This document shows positions 37,642 to 46,334 of a DNA stretch of 64,000 bases, piece by piece. Location: the NCBI GenBank assembly GCA_905612495.1, contig CAJQSF010000012.1:13147-77146 (forward strand), written 5' to 3'. The stretch's first letter is position 1, and every line of letters starts with the position of its first letter. This DNA comes from an uncultured Candidatus Pelagibacter sp. Lineage in GTDB: Bacteria > Pseudomonadota > Alphaproteobacteria > Pelagibacterales > Pelagibacteraceae. The translations under genes and the position numbers were made by a program. Under the pieces are notes generated by a model. That model ran no database searches. It was not told where the DNA came from and saw only the letters and a program-made list of their open reading frames with translations.

Positions 37642-39363
37642 ATGAACAAATTACCATTATTATTTTTTCTTTTATTTTTAATTTTTTCAAATATTAATAA
37701 AACTTTTGCTGAAAATTTTATACCATCCTCATCTCAAACAGGCAAAAAAACAGTAGGAGCTAACGGTGATACAATTACAATCAATTCTGGAATTACCTTA
37801 GGCAATCTAACTCAACAACAAAAGGCTGACATAAATGAAAAAAACGATGTTTCTGTAACTGTAAATTCTGGAGGATCAATTTTAAGTTCACAAAATGCTG
37901 TTCAAGGTGATGATTCTGACGACTTAACTGTTACAAATTCAGGAACAATTAGGGCTACAGGCGCTAAGGCAATAAATTTAAAAGACACTGCAGATTCAAC
38001 AATTACAAACAATTTAGGTGGTATAATAAGATCTGGAACAGGAGACACAATTTCTGGTGAAGCAGCTACCGGAAGTACTATTACAAACAGTGGAACTATT
38101 TACAGTGATGACCAAAGAGCATTAAACTTTTTTTCAACTTCTACCGCAACAGTTACCAATAATTCTTCAGGTCATATTTATAACTCTAATACCAACGAAG
38201 CTATTAAATTAGATGGTAGCTCTACACTGACAAACAGTGGAAAAATTGAAAATAAAAATAGTGCAAGCAATAACTCAATTCGTTTAGTAGGAAATGATAA
38301 TACAATTATTCTTAAAGACAAAAGTATTTTGGTTGGAACTATTGATGCTGGATCCACAACAGGAAACACTTTAAAATTTCAACATGGAGTAGGTCAGACT
38401 TATTATTATAAAACTGCTGGTGATTTTACATTACAAGATTTAGATGGTAACCAAGTTGTAAAAGGATCAGCAGGATCAGTTGGACAAGGTGCAAGTGAAA
38501 CTTTAGATGAATTATTAAGTTATAAATCTATAAATTTAAGAAATTTTTTTAATAGATTTGATAAACAAGATAATCAAGATGCATGGGGTGAAACATATAT
38601 ATCTAATTTAAAAAGAGACGCCCATATAAGTAATTTAGCTCTTGAATATGATTTAACAAATTTTGGAGTAAATTTAATAAATCAGATTGAAAATGCAAAT
38701 TTTGTAATTGCGTTTGAAGGTGGAAGTCAAAACTTTGTAAAAAATCATAAAATAGATTATCAAAATATTAGTGCAGGAGTCTATTTACCACAAAAAAATA
38801 ATCCTTATTTAAATTTAGATTTATTTATTTTAGGAGGAATTACATTAAAAGATGGTGAAAGAACTATTTTAACCAACACAACAGCCTCTGGTAAATTAAA
38901 AATAGAAAGTGATTATGAAACTTACGAAATTCACACTGGAATAAAAAAAAACAATTCATCTGCAATACCTGATTTAGGGTTAACAGCCAGCTATTCAATA
39001 ACACCAAGTTATGATGAAACCAAATATTTTTCATGGGAAGATAGGCACATTGGCAATGTTTCAATCTTTTTTTCAGATGATTATAATTTAATTAAAAATG
39101 AAGACAGTAAACTGTTCTTAGGTTGGACATTAGACATGAGAAATATGATTAGTGATAAAAAACAAGATTATTCAATAAATGGAACAAGTGCTACATATAA
39201 ACAACATAATGATTTAACTAATGAAATATCTCTATTAGCTAATATGGGATATGAAAAAAAGTTTTCTGAAAAAAGTAGTATTTCATTTTCGTTAGATGCA
39301 AAGAACACAAATCAATATACAAAAAGCGTTGGTGCAAATATTTCTTTAAGTAGCAAATTTTAA
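37642..39363 (+). CDS. Putative small autotransporter/adhesin (beta-helix passenger plus C-terminal beta-barrel)
   Basis: Signal peptide; repeated (T/V)TNSG(T/K)I beta-helix-like units; amphipathic C-terminal strands ending in F. Confidence 0.7.
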   Translation: MNKLPLLFFLLFLIFSNINKTFAENFIPSSSQTGKKTVGANGDTITINSGITLGNLTQQQKADINEKNDVSVTVNSGGSILSSQNAVQGDDSDDLTVTNSGTIRATGAKAINLKDTADSTITNNLGGIIRSGTGDTISGEAATGSTITNSGTIYSDDQRALNFFSTSTATVTNNSSGHIYNSNTNEAIKLDGSSTLTNSGKIENKNSASNNSIRLVGNDNTIILKDKSILVGTIDAGSTTGNTLKFQHGVGQTYYYKTAGDFTLQDLDGNQVVKGSAGSVGQGASETLDELLSYKSINLRNFFNRFDKQDNQDAWGETYISNLKRDAHISNLALEYDLTNFGVNLINQIENANFVIAFEGGSQNFVKNHKIDYQNISAGVYLPQKNNPYLNLDLFILGGITLKDGERTILTNTTASGKLKIESDYETYEIHTGIKKNNSSAIPDLGLTASYSITPSYDETKYFSWEDRHIGNVSIFFSDDYNLIKNEDSKLFLGWTLDMRNMISDKKQDYSINGTSATYKQHNDLTNEISLLANMGYEKKFSEKSSISFSLDAKNTNQYTKSVGANISLSSKF

Positions 39364-39405
39364 TTAATTTGTTGAATTTATTTTAGAATTAACAGATAAA
39401 AAGCC

Positions 39406-40056
39406 ATGGGTAAAAACCTAGAAATCACTGAAAGCCTTCAAAAATATATAGATAATTTTAGTTTAAAGTTACATCCAATTCAGCAAGAAATAATCGATTA
39501 TAATAATACACTTGGAGACGTTAAGAGAATGCAAGTAGCAACATCTCAATGTCACTTCCTTCATTTAATTATTAAAACATCTAATATTAAAAATGTACTT
39601 GAGATTGGTACTTTTACAGGGTTAAGTGCATTATCAATAGCACTGGCTTTACCTGACGATGGTAAACTTGTAGCGCTTGATAAAGATGAGGGAACCAACA
39701 AAGTCGCATTAGATTTTTTTAAAAAAGCTAATTTGGATGATAAAATTCAAACAATTGTTAAGCCTGCATTAGAAAGTTTAGATGAATTAAAGAATAGTAA
39801 ATTTGATATGGTTTTTATTGATGCTGATAAAATGAACTATAAAGAATATTATGAAAGATCTTTAAACCTAATGGATAAAGGTGGATTGATTATTATAGAC
39901 AACGTTTTATGGCATGGTGAAGTTGCTGATGAAGATAATTTAGATAAATATACAATAAATATCAGAGATTTTAATACCTATGTTGCAAATGATAAAAGAG
40001 TGGAACAAATCATTGTACCTTTAGGTGATGGAATGACTGTTTGTAGATTGTTATAA
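39406..40056 (+). CDS. SAM-dependent O-methyltransferase (CCoAOMT/COMT-like, Methyltransf_3)
   Basis: VLEIGTFTGLS, FDMVFIDADK, IDNVLWHG. Confidence 0.9.
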   Translation: MGKNLEITESLQKYIDNFSLKLHPIQQEIIDYNNTLGDVKRMQVATSQCHFLHLIIKTSNIKNVLEIGTFTGLSALSIALALPDDGKLVALDKDEGTNKVALDFFKKANLDDKIQTIVKPALESLDELKNSKFDMVFIDADKMNYKEYYERSLNLMDKGGLIIIDNVLWHGEVADEDNLDKYTINIRDFNTYVANDKRVEQIIVPLGDGMTVCRLL

Positions 40057-40961
40057 TGTTCGATGTATTTGGTTTTTATAAATTTAAAAAACTTTCTTCT
40101 TTAAAAAAAAATAAGATTTTACTACAGGATTTTTTAATTAAAAAAAATATCCGAGGAACAATAATTATAGCTAGTGAAGGAGTAAATGCAACAATCTCAG
40201 GTAAAGCTAGCGATCTAAAGTCAACTATCACAAAGATTAAAAAAATATTAGATCTTAAAAAGTTTGATAGTGAAAATATTTCAAAAAGTAAATTTCAACC
40301 GTTTCATAAACCAAAAGTAAAAATTAAAAAAGAAGTAGTTCCTATGGGTCTTTCCTTGTCATCAAAAAATAAAAAAGATAATCATGTTGACCTTAAAAAA
40401 TGGAATAAGCTAATTAATGATAAAGAAACATTAGTTTTAGATTCAAGAAAACCATTTGAGTATAATGTTGGCACCTTTAAACGATCGGTTAATCCAGATG
40501 TTGACAGTTTTAGAGAGTTTCCAAAATACTTAAATAAACTTAAAAAAACAAAACCAATTGCAATGTTTTGTACAGGCGGAATAAGATGTGAGAAAGCTTC
40601 AGTTTTTTTAGAAAAAAAAGGTTTTAAAAATGTTTATCAGTTAAAAGGTGGAATTTTAAATTACTTAAAAAATGTTAAGAAAAAAGAAAGTTTATGGAAG
40701 GGTGAATGCTTTGTTTTTAACAACAGAATCAGTGTTAAGCACGGGTTAATTGCAGGCACCTATTCAATGTGCAGTGGCTGTAGAAAGCCTGTTTCACCTA
40801 AAGATAAGAAATCTAAAAAATATGAAGAAGGTGTTTCATGCACCAATTGTCACGATAATTTAACGGAAATTCAAAAGGGTAGGTTTCGCATGAGGCAGAA
40901 ACAAATAAATCTTGCTAAAAAGAGTGGATCAAAGCATATATTTCAAAAAGAATTCAAATAG
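40056..40961 (+). CDS. trhO: Rhodanese-domain tRNA U34 hydroxylase (TrhO/YceA family)
   Basis: FYKF...EGVNATISG, KKEVV, MFCTGGIRCEKA, LKGGILNY, GECFVF. Confidence 0.88.
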   Translation: MFDVFGFYKFKKLSSLKKNKILLQDFLIKKNIRGTIIIASEGVNATISGKASDLKSTITKIKKILDLKKFDSENISKSKFQPFHKPKVKIKKEVVPMGLSLSSKNKKDNHVDLKKWNKLINDKETLVLDSRKPFEYNVGTFKRSVNPDVDSFREFPKYLNKLKKTKPIAMFCTGGIRCEKASVFLEKKGFKNVYQLKGGILNYLKNVKKKESLWKGECFVFNNRISVKHGLIAGTYSMCSGCRKPVSPKDKKSKKYEEGVSCTNCHDNLTEIQKGRFRMRQKQINLAKKSGSKHIFQKEFK

Positions 40962-40970
40962 GAAAAATAA

Positions 40971-42341
40971 TTGTCTAAAGTATTAAAATTAACCAAAGAT
41001 CCCATTTGGGAACTACTTAGAAAAGTAACAATTCCAGCTAGTGTTGGTTCTTTATTTCAAACATTTTATAATCTAGTTGATACTTGGTTTGCTGGTAGAA
41101 TTTCTGCTGAAGCTATAGGTGCTATCGCTAAATCATTTCCTATATATTTTGTAATAATTGCTGTTGGTGTTGGTATTGGTGCTGCAACAAACTCATGCAT
41201 TGGTAATTTATTAGGTGCAAAACAAGATAATAAAGCATCATTGTTAATCGCTCAATCTGTAATCTTTGCACTGATTATTTCTGTTGTTGTCACATTGTTT
41301 GGATTAAATGCATCTAATTTTCTTCTAACAGTAATGGGCTCTGATGCAGCTAGTATAGTTTTAACAAGAGAATATTTAGATATAATTTTTTATGGTACTT
41401 TCATTGTAATGATTCAAATCTCTTTAAATGGAGCCTTGAATGCTCAAGGAGATACTAAAAGTTATAGAAATGTTTTAATATTTAGCTTCTTTTTAAACAT
41501 ATTTTTAAATCCATTATTTATATGGGGATATGGAATTGTTCCAGCTTATGGTATAGGTGGTCTTGCTATAGCAACTGTAATTGCACAGTCCGTAGGTACT
41601 TTTTATTTAGCGTATAAAATCTACGCATGTAAATTGAAAAAGTATCTATCAATTAAATGCTTTATTCCTAAATTAATATTATTAAAAGAATTATTCACGC
41701 AAGCGTTACCTATTATGATTAGCATGCTGTTTATTGGTGTAGGTATTTTTAATATTCTATATTTTATTGGTCAATTTGGTGATCTTGCAACAGCTGGTTA
41801 TGGTGCAGCCTTAAGAGTGGAGCAAGTTTTTTTATTACCAGTTATTGGATTGAACACTGCAGTACTTTCTATTGGTGGACAAAATTTTGGTGCTAAGAAT
41901 TATGATCGTATAAGAGAATTATATTCTAAAGCTCTATTATTCGGATCATCTTTTATGGCTATAGCAGGTGTTATATTATTTTTTGGTGCAGAGTTTTTTG
42001 TATCTCAATTTACAGATAACCAAGAAGCTATATTTCATGGTGCTATATATTTAAGAATAGCTGCATTAATTGCGCCTGTTTACCCTGTGTTTTTTATAAC
42101 TACAGCTGTATTCCAAGCTGTTAAGAAACCTATCTATAGTCTTTATTTAAGTGTTTTAAGGTTATCAGCTTTACCTTTCTTGTCTCTTTGGTATGTAATT
42201 AATATTAAAGGTGGGGATTACTCGGATATATTCTACACTATAATGGTAACCAATTGGTTTATAGGTATTGTAGTAATTATATTCATTGGATATTTTTTAA
42301 ATAATGTTTTTAAACAAAAAAAAAATCATTTTAGTTATTAG
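40971..42341 (+). CDS. MATE-family efflux transporter
   Basis: YNLVDTWFAG, GDTK, LNPLFI, GQNFGA; about 12 TM. Confidence 0.93.
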   Translation: MSKVLKLTKDPIWELLRKVTIPASVGSLFQTFYNLVDTWFAGRISAEAIGAIAKSFPIYFVIIAVGVGIGAATNSCIGNLLGAKQDNKASLLIAQSVIFALIISVVVTLFGLNASNFLLTVMGSDAASIVLTREYLDIIFYGTFIVMIQISLNGALNAQGDTKSYRNVLIFSFFLNIFLNPLFIWGYGIVPAYGIGGLAIATVIAQSVGTFYLAYKIYACKLKKYLSIKCFIPKLILLKELFTQALPIMISMLFIGVGIFNILYFIGQFGDLATAGYGAALRVEQVFLLPVIGLNTAVLSIGGQNFGAKNYDRIRELYSKALLFGSSFMAIAGVILFFGAEFFVSQFTDNQEAIFHGAIYLRIAALIAPVYPVFFITTAVFQAVKKPIYSLYLSVLRLSALPFLSLWYVINIKGGDYSDIFYTIMVTNWFIGIVVIIFIGYFLNNVFKQKKNHFSY

Positions 42342-42789
42342 TGTTTCTTCACTAATATTTTTCATAATTTTTAATCAAGTCAAATCACAAGATCTTAGAG
42401 TTGTAGATGGCGACACAATTCATCTTAATGGAGAAAAAATTAGATTTACCGGAATAGATACACCTGAGTTAAAACAAACTTGCCTTAAAGAAGGTATTAA
42501 AGATCCTTGTGGAGTTAAAGCAAAACAAATCCTAAATAATAAAATTGGAAAAAATGATGTTGAGTGTATTAGTGAGGGAATTGATAAATACAAAAGAACA
42601 TTAGCTGAATGTTTTGTAAATAATGAAAGTCTATCGAGCTATTTAGTTAGAAGTGGCTATGCATTTGCTTACAGAAGATATTCAAAAAAGTTTGTACAAG
42701 ATGAGGATTATGCAAGAATCAATAAAATAGGCATGTGGTCTATGGAGTTTGATTATCCTTGGGATTATAGAAAATCTAAAAAGAATTAA
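42304..42789 (+). CDS. Thermonuclease (SNase) family exported nuclease
   Basis: N-terminal hydrophobic segment; VVDGDT, IRFTGIDTPE, DKYKRTLA. Confidence 0.92.
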   Translation: MFLNKKKIILVISVSSLIFFIIFNQVKSQDLRVVDGDTIHLNGEKIRFTGIDTPELKQTCLKEGIKDPCGVKAKQILNNKIGKNDVECISEGIDKYKRTLAECFVNNESLSSYLVRSGYAFAYRRYSKKFVQDEDYARINKIGMWSMEFDYPWDYRKSKKN

Positions 42790-42797
42790 AGCTATAT

Positions 42798-42937
42798 GGG
42801 GCGTTCTGTTACCCGGTGCCCCAGACCGTGCTTCTATAATCCTTATTTTGCAACAGGGTTGCCTTAGCAAATAGCAGAAGTTTCAACTAAATTACACCCG
42901 TATTACGCCCAGCATTTTAGTGCTAGGGTACCGGTTC
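42798..42937 (+). repeat. Junction repeat R1 (core plus right arm only; left boundary)
   Basis: 38-bp core at 42798-42835; right arm ATAATCCTTATTTTGCAACAGGGTTG...GCAAATAGCAGAAGTTT; no left arm. Confidence 0.95.
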
Positions 42938-43891
42938 ATGAAAAAGATTTTAGGGATCCTAGTTCTGGGTTTGTTGTGGTGCAATGCTTTACCAGCCAAA
43001 ATTCTTAATATAGAAAACAAAATACAAATAGAGGTTCCATCTAGTCATAAGTTTATCAAATATGACAATGAAGAGGTAAGAGAGTCTATTGATGAATTTA
43101 CAGATTCTATAGACGGAATGGAGATAGATCTCTATCTAGTTGGTCCTAGCAAATATGTGGATTTTGAAAAAGCAATGATGGATGGAGAAGATCCAATGGA
43201 TAATGAATACGTAAAAGCAATAATGAAAAAATTAGAAAAAAAAAATTTTCAAAACGAAGATAAGGCTCTGAAATGGATTATCTCTGAATCAAAAAAAATA
43301 ATGAAAAAGGAGAAGATTGACTTCATCACATATATACTTATTTCAAATAAAACTCTGATAGAAATGCTACCAAATGATGATGAAATTGTTGATATGTTAA
43401 CAGAGCTTCAATCAATGAATAATTCAGAGTTAATTCAACAAACAAAAGAAATTAAAAAAGAGATAGCAACTTTGGAAGGTGCTAATAAACAAAGGATTTT
43501 AGCCGGACCTACTTCATTTACATATAATAAGTTTAAAATTGCAAAAAATGAATATGGAAATTTATTTTTAAAAGGTCCCAGTAAATTTTTTATGGCAATT
43601 AATGAATACTTAACAATAGATGCAGTATTGAATGTTTATTTGGCAGAGCATAACAACAAAACTTATTTTTTTATATCAGCGTGTTACGTGAACTGTTCTA
43701 AATTTAGTAATAAATTTGATAAAATGATAAAACCTACGTTTTCAACAAATGTGCAAACTCAAAAATCAAAAAGTAGTTTGTCTGGTGATAGTAATTTAAC
43801 TGAACAGTTAAAAGCTTTAAGTGAACTATATAAATCTGGAGCTTTAACTAAAGAAGAGTTTACAAAAGCAAAAAAGAAACTTTTAAACTAA
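42938..43891 (+). CDS. Exported hypothetical protein with C-terminal SHOCT-like domain (cassette 1)
   Basis: MKKILGILVLGLLWCNA signal peptide (ATG 42938); ends LKALSELYKSGALTKEEFTKAKKKLLN. Confidence 0.85.
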   Translation: MKKILGILVLGLLWCNALPAKILNIENKIQIEVPSSHKFIKYDNEEVRESIDEFTDSIDGMEIDLYLVGPSKYVDFEKAMMDGEDPMDNEYVKAIMKKLEKKNFQNEDKALKWIISESKKIMKKEKIDFITYILISNKTLIEMLPNDDEIVDMLTELQSMNNSELIQQTKEIKKEIATLEGANKQRILAGPTSFTYNKFKIAKNEYGNLFLKGPSKFFMAINEYLTIDAVLNVYLAEHNNKTYFFISACYVNCSKFSNKFDKMIKPTFSTNVQTQKSKSSLSGDSNLTEQLKALSELYKSGALTKEEFTKAKKKLLN

Positions 43892-44108
43892 AAATTACGC
43901 CCAGAGTACGCTCAAAAATAATCCAAACACCAATCAGCATTATAGATAAAGAATGGATTAGTTATTAAGGGGCGTTCTGTTACCCGTTGCCCCAGACCGT
44001 GCTTCTATAATCCTTATTTTGGAACGATGTTGAAACACTGAAAGCCAGAAGTTGTTACTGAATTGTGCCACTATTGTGCCAAGGATTATTGTGCTAGGAT
44101 CAGGGTTC
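43892..44108 (+). repeat. Junction repeat R2 (left arm, core, right arm)
   Basis: Core at 43969-44006 with 1 mismatch to R1; left arm AAACACCAATCAGCATTATAGATAAAG; TTGTGCCA direct repeats at 44063-44081. Confidence 0.95.
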
Positions 44109-45341
44109 ATGAAAAAACTTTTAGGGATCATCATTCTTGGTTTGTTGTTAAGTGGGAACGCTTATGCAGATGTTAATGAACCTGGAGTAACGTCTATTGC
44201 AGGGTGTGATAGTGGTCTTAAATCGGTAAACCAAAAATTTATAAAAAAACATTTAAAAAAATTATCAAAAAAAAATGAAACTAGTGTTCTCTATGCCAGT
44301 TGTGATTATGATAATTATTCTTGGGCAGTTAATAAAGGCAAGGACTTAGAAAAACTTCATAAGAAAACATATAAACAATGTACGAAATATGCCGAGAAAC
44401 ATACGGGCAAAGAATGTTATTTGTATGCAGTTAATGAAGAAATTGTTTGGAAATACGACAAGGCTAAAGCATCCACCATAGCAAAAACTAAAATAGCAGA
44501 AGCAAGTGTGTTAATAGAAAAAAAAAAAGAATTAGATAAGAAACCAGGAAGATTTTTTGAAGATCAACCTGATGTAAGTGATGATTTTCAATTCCATTTA
44601 ATTTATTTTTTAGACAATAAAACTAAAGATAAGGAAAGAGATATATCTGGATATATTGAGAAAGAAATGAAAAAAGCTGATGATGCTTTTTTTAAAATGA
44701 CTAAAAACAAACAAAGATTTAAGTTTGATTATAGAGAAGATGGAAAACTAGATGTGACTTTCGTTAGAATGGATAGAAAAGCAAGAAGTGGTGGATGGAA
44801 TGTAAATTATCCAGATTATTATCTAACAAAAAATGGTTTTAATAACCCTAAAAAAATGTATTTATCTTTTACCGACTCTGCTAGCGGAGATGGGGGACAA
44901 ATGGGCCCACATCATGGGTATATTTTTATAGGTAAAGCAGGCTCTCAGTATCCTCAAATTATAATTCATGAAATGCTGCACGGTTTAGGTTTTGCTATGC
45001 CTTGCACAATAGGAGTACAAGATGGAGCCCACATGGGTTCTGGAATTTTAGCACGGGGTGGAGGATTACAACTTCCAAAAGCACTTTATGGTCATGATGA
45101 TTCAACATGTCCAGATTTAAAAGACTCTGTTTATTTAACCCCAACATCAGACAACCCTTTTGATCCTCTACCTATTGCATGTGCTTTAGGACAAATGAAA
45201 AGAGGCAGTCCCCCAGGTAATTTTGAAATTCCTGCTAGATACACCCATAAAAAACTACTCAAAGGTAGAAAGAATGAGTGGTGTACATATAATGTCCATA
45301 CTTATGCTAAAGATGATTGGTTTAAACAGTGGAAAAAATAA
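44109..45341 (+). CDS. Exported putative zinc metallopeptidase (cassette 2, gene 1)
   Basis: MKKLLGIIILGLLLSGNAYA signal peptide (ATG 44109); Cys-containing N-domain; HEMLHGLG (HExxH) at 44967-44981. Confidence 0.75.
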   Translation: MKKLLGIIILGLLLSGNAYADVNEPGVTSIAGCDSGLKSVNQKFIKKHLKKLSKKNETSVLYASCDYDNYSWAVNKGKDLEKLHKKTYKQCTKYAEKHTGKECYLYAVNEEIVWKYDKAKASTIAKTKIAEASVLIEKKKELDKKPGRFFEDQPDVSDDFQFHLIYFLDNKTKDKERDISGYIEKEMKKADDAFFKMTKNKQRFKFDYREDGKLDVTFVRMDRKARSGGWNVNYPDYYLTKNGFNNPKKMYLSFTDSASGDGGQMGPHHGYIFIGKAGSQYPQIIIHEMLHGLGFAMPCTIGVQDGAHMGSGILARGGGLQLPKALYGHDDSTCPDLKDSVYLTPTSDNPFDPLPIACALGQMKRGSPPGNFEIPARYTHKKLLKGRKNEWCTYNVHTYAKDDWFKQWKK

Positions 45342-46326
45342 TCTTAATTATTATATCTTTATTTCTAATAACTAATGCTTTTGCAGACGAATGTTATACT
45401 TCATCTTTAGACACAACACCTGTAATTCTTGAGTCAGATAAAAAACCTGGTAGGTTTTTTTTAGATCAGCCAGATGTCAATGATGATTATCAAATTCATA
45501 TTGTTTACTCACTTTTAAAAGACTCTAAAGATAAAGAAGGAGACATTAATGGAGCTATAGAAAAATGGATAGAAGCATCTGATAAATATATTTTAAAAAC
45601 TACAAAAAAAGCAAATGAAAAATCTGATTTTAAAAATGGTATAGCTCAAAACATAAAATGGGACAGAAGAAAGGATGGAAAATTAGATATTAGCTTTATT
45701 AGAATAAATAAGACTAAAAAAGAAGTAAAAAAATCCCCCTCAGGAAGTTGTGGAAATGTTTTTGGCAGAACAATAGTTAATGCAGGATTTAATAACCCTA
45801 AAAAAATTTATTTTAATTTTGGAGATTATTCTTTTAAAGAATGGCCTTACTCTGGTGGTTTTCCAATATTTAGTATATTCAATAAACATCAAAAAAAATA
45901 CCCTCTTAAAAAAGTGAATTCGGATATTTTGTTTTACATGAGGTTATTCATGCAATGGGAGGTATTTTTACCTGTTCACCAAAATATACTAAATATGTAC
46001 ATAATACAAAAAAAACTAGTGATTTGATGAGTAGTGATGGTGACGGTAGAAACAATACATTGGACCCAAAGAATGATGACTATTGGGGTCATAATAATAA
46101 AAGTTGTCCGGATATGCAAGACAGTGTTTACTTTACACCAACATCAGATACTCCTTTTGACCCTTTTGAAGTCACATGTTTGCCAAAAGAAAAATGGAAA
46201 TTTACAAAACATGATTATAAAAATATTAAAGATATAAGAGGTACTGGTGAAATGTGCTTTTATAAACGTAGAGATGTTTCAGCCCCGTGGGAAAATGAAC
46301 TTGGAATATTTCGGAAATTTAATTAA
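45329..46326 (+). pseudogene. Frameshifted paralog of the upstream HExxH peptidase (cassette 2, gene 2)
   Basis: ORFs 45329-46027 and 45955-46326 each align to 44109-45341 (DKKPGRFFxDQPDV; CPDxxDSVYxTPTSDxPFDP); one extra A in the A6 run at 45908-45913 fuses them and restores HEVIH. Confidence 0.8.
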
Positions 46327-46334
46327 AAAAATTA

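Noticed and set aside
806-38369. Numerous 60-110 aa antisense or alternate-frame ORFs inside housekeeping genes
   Set aside because: Fully overlap well-conserved genes and show no recognisable motifs; expected shadow ORFs
42682-42870. 62-aa minus-strand ORF across R1
   Set aside because: Antisense to the nuclease gene and spans the non-coding repeat; most likely incidental
44052-44108. N-terminal extensions given by the ORF track (starts 44052 and 42920)
   Set aside because: They run through the repeat arm; the shared MKKxLGI signal peptides at a constant 140-bp offset indicate ATG 44109 and 42938
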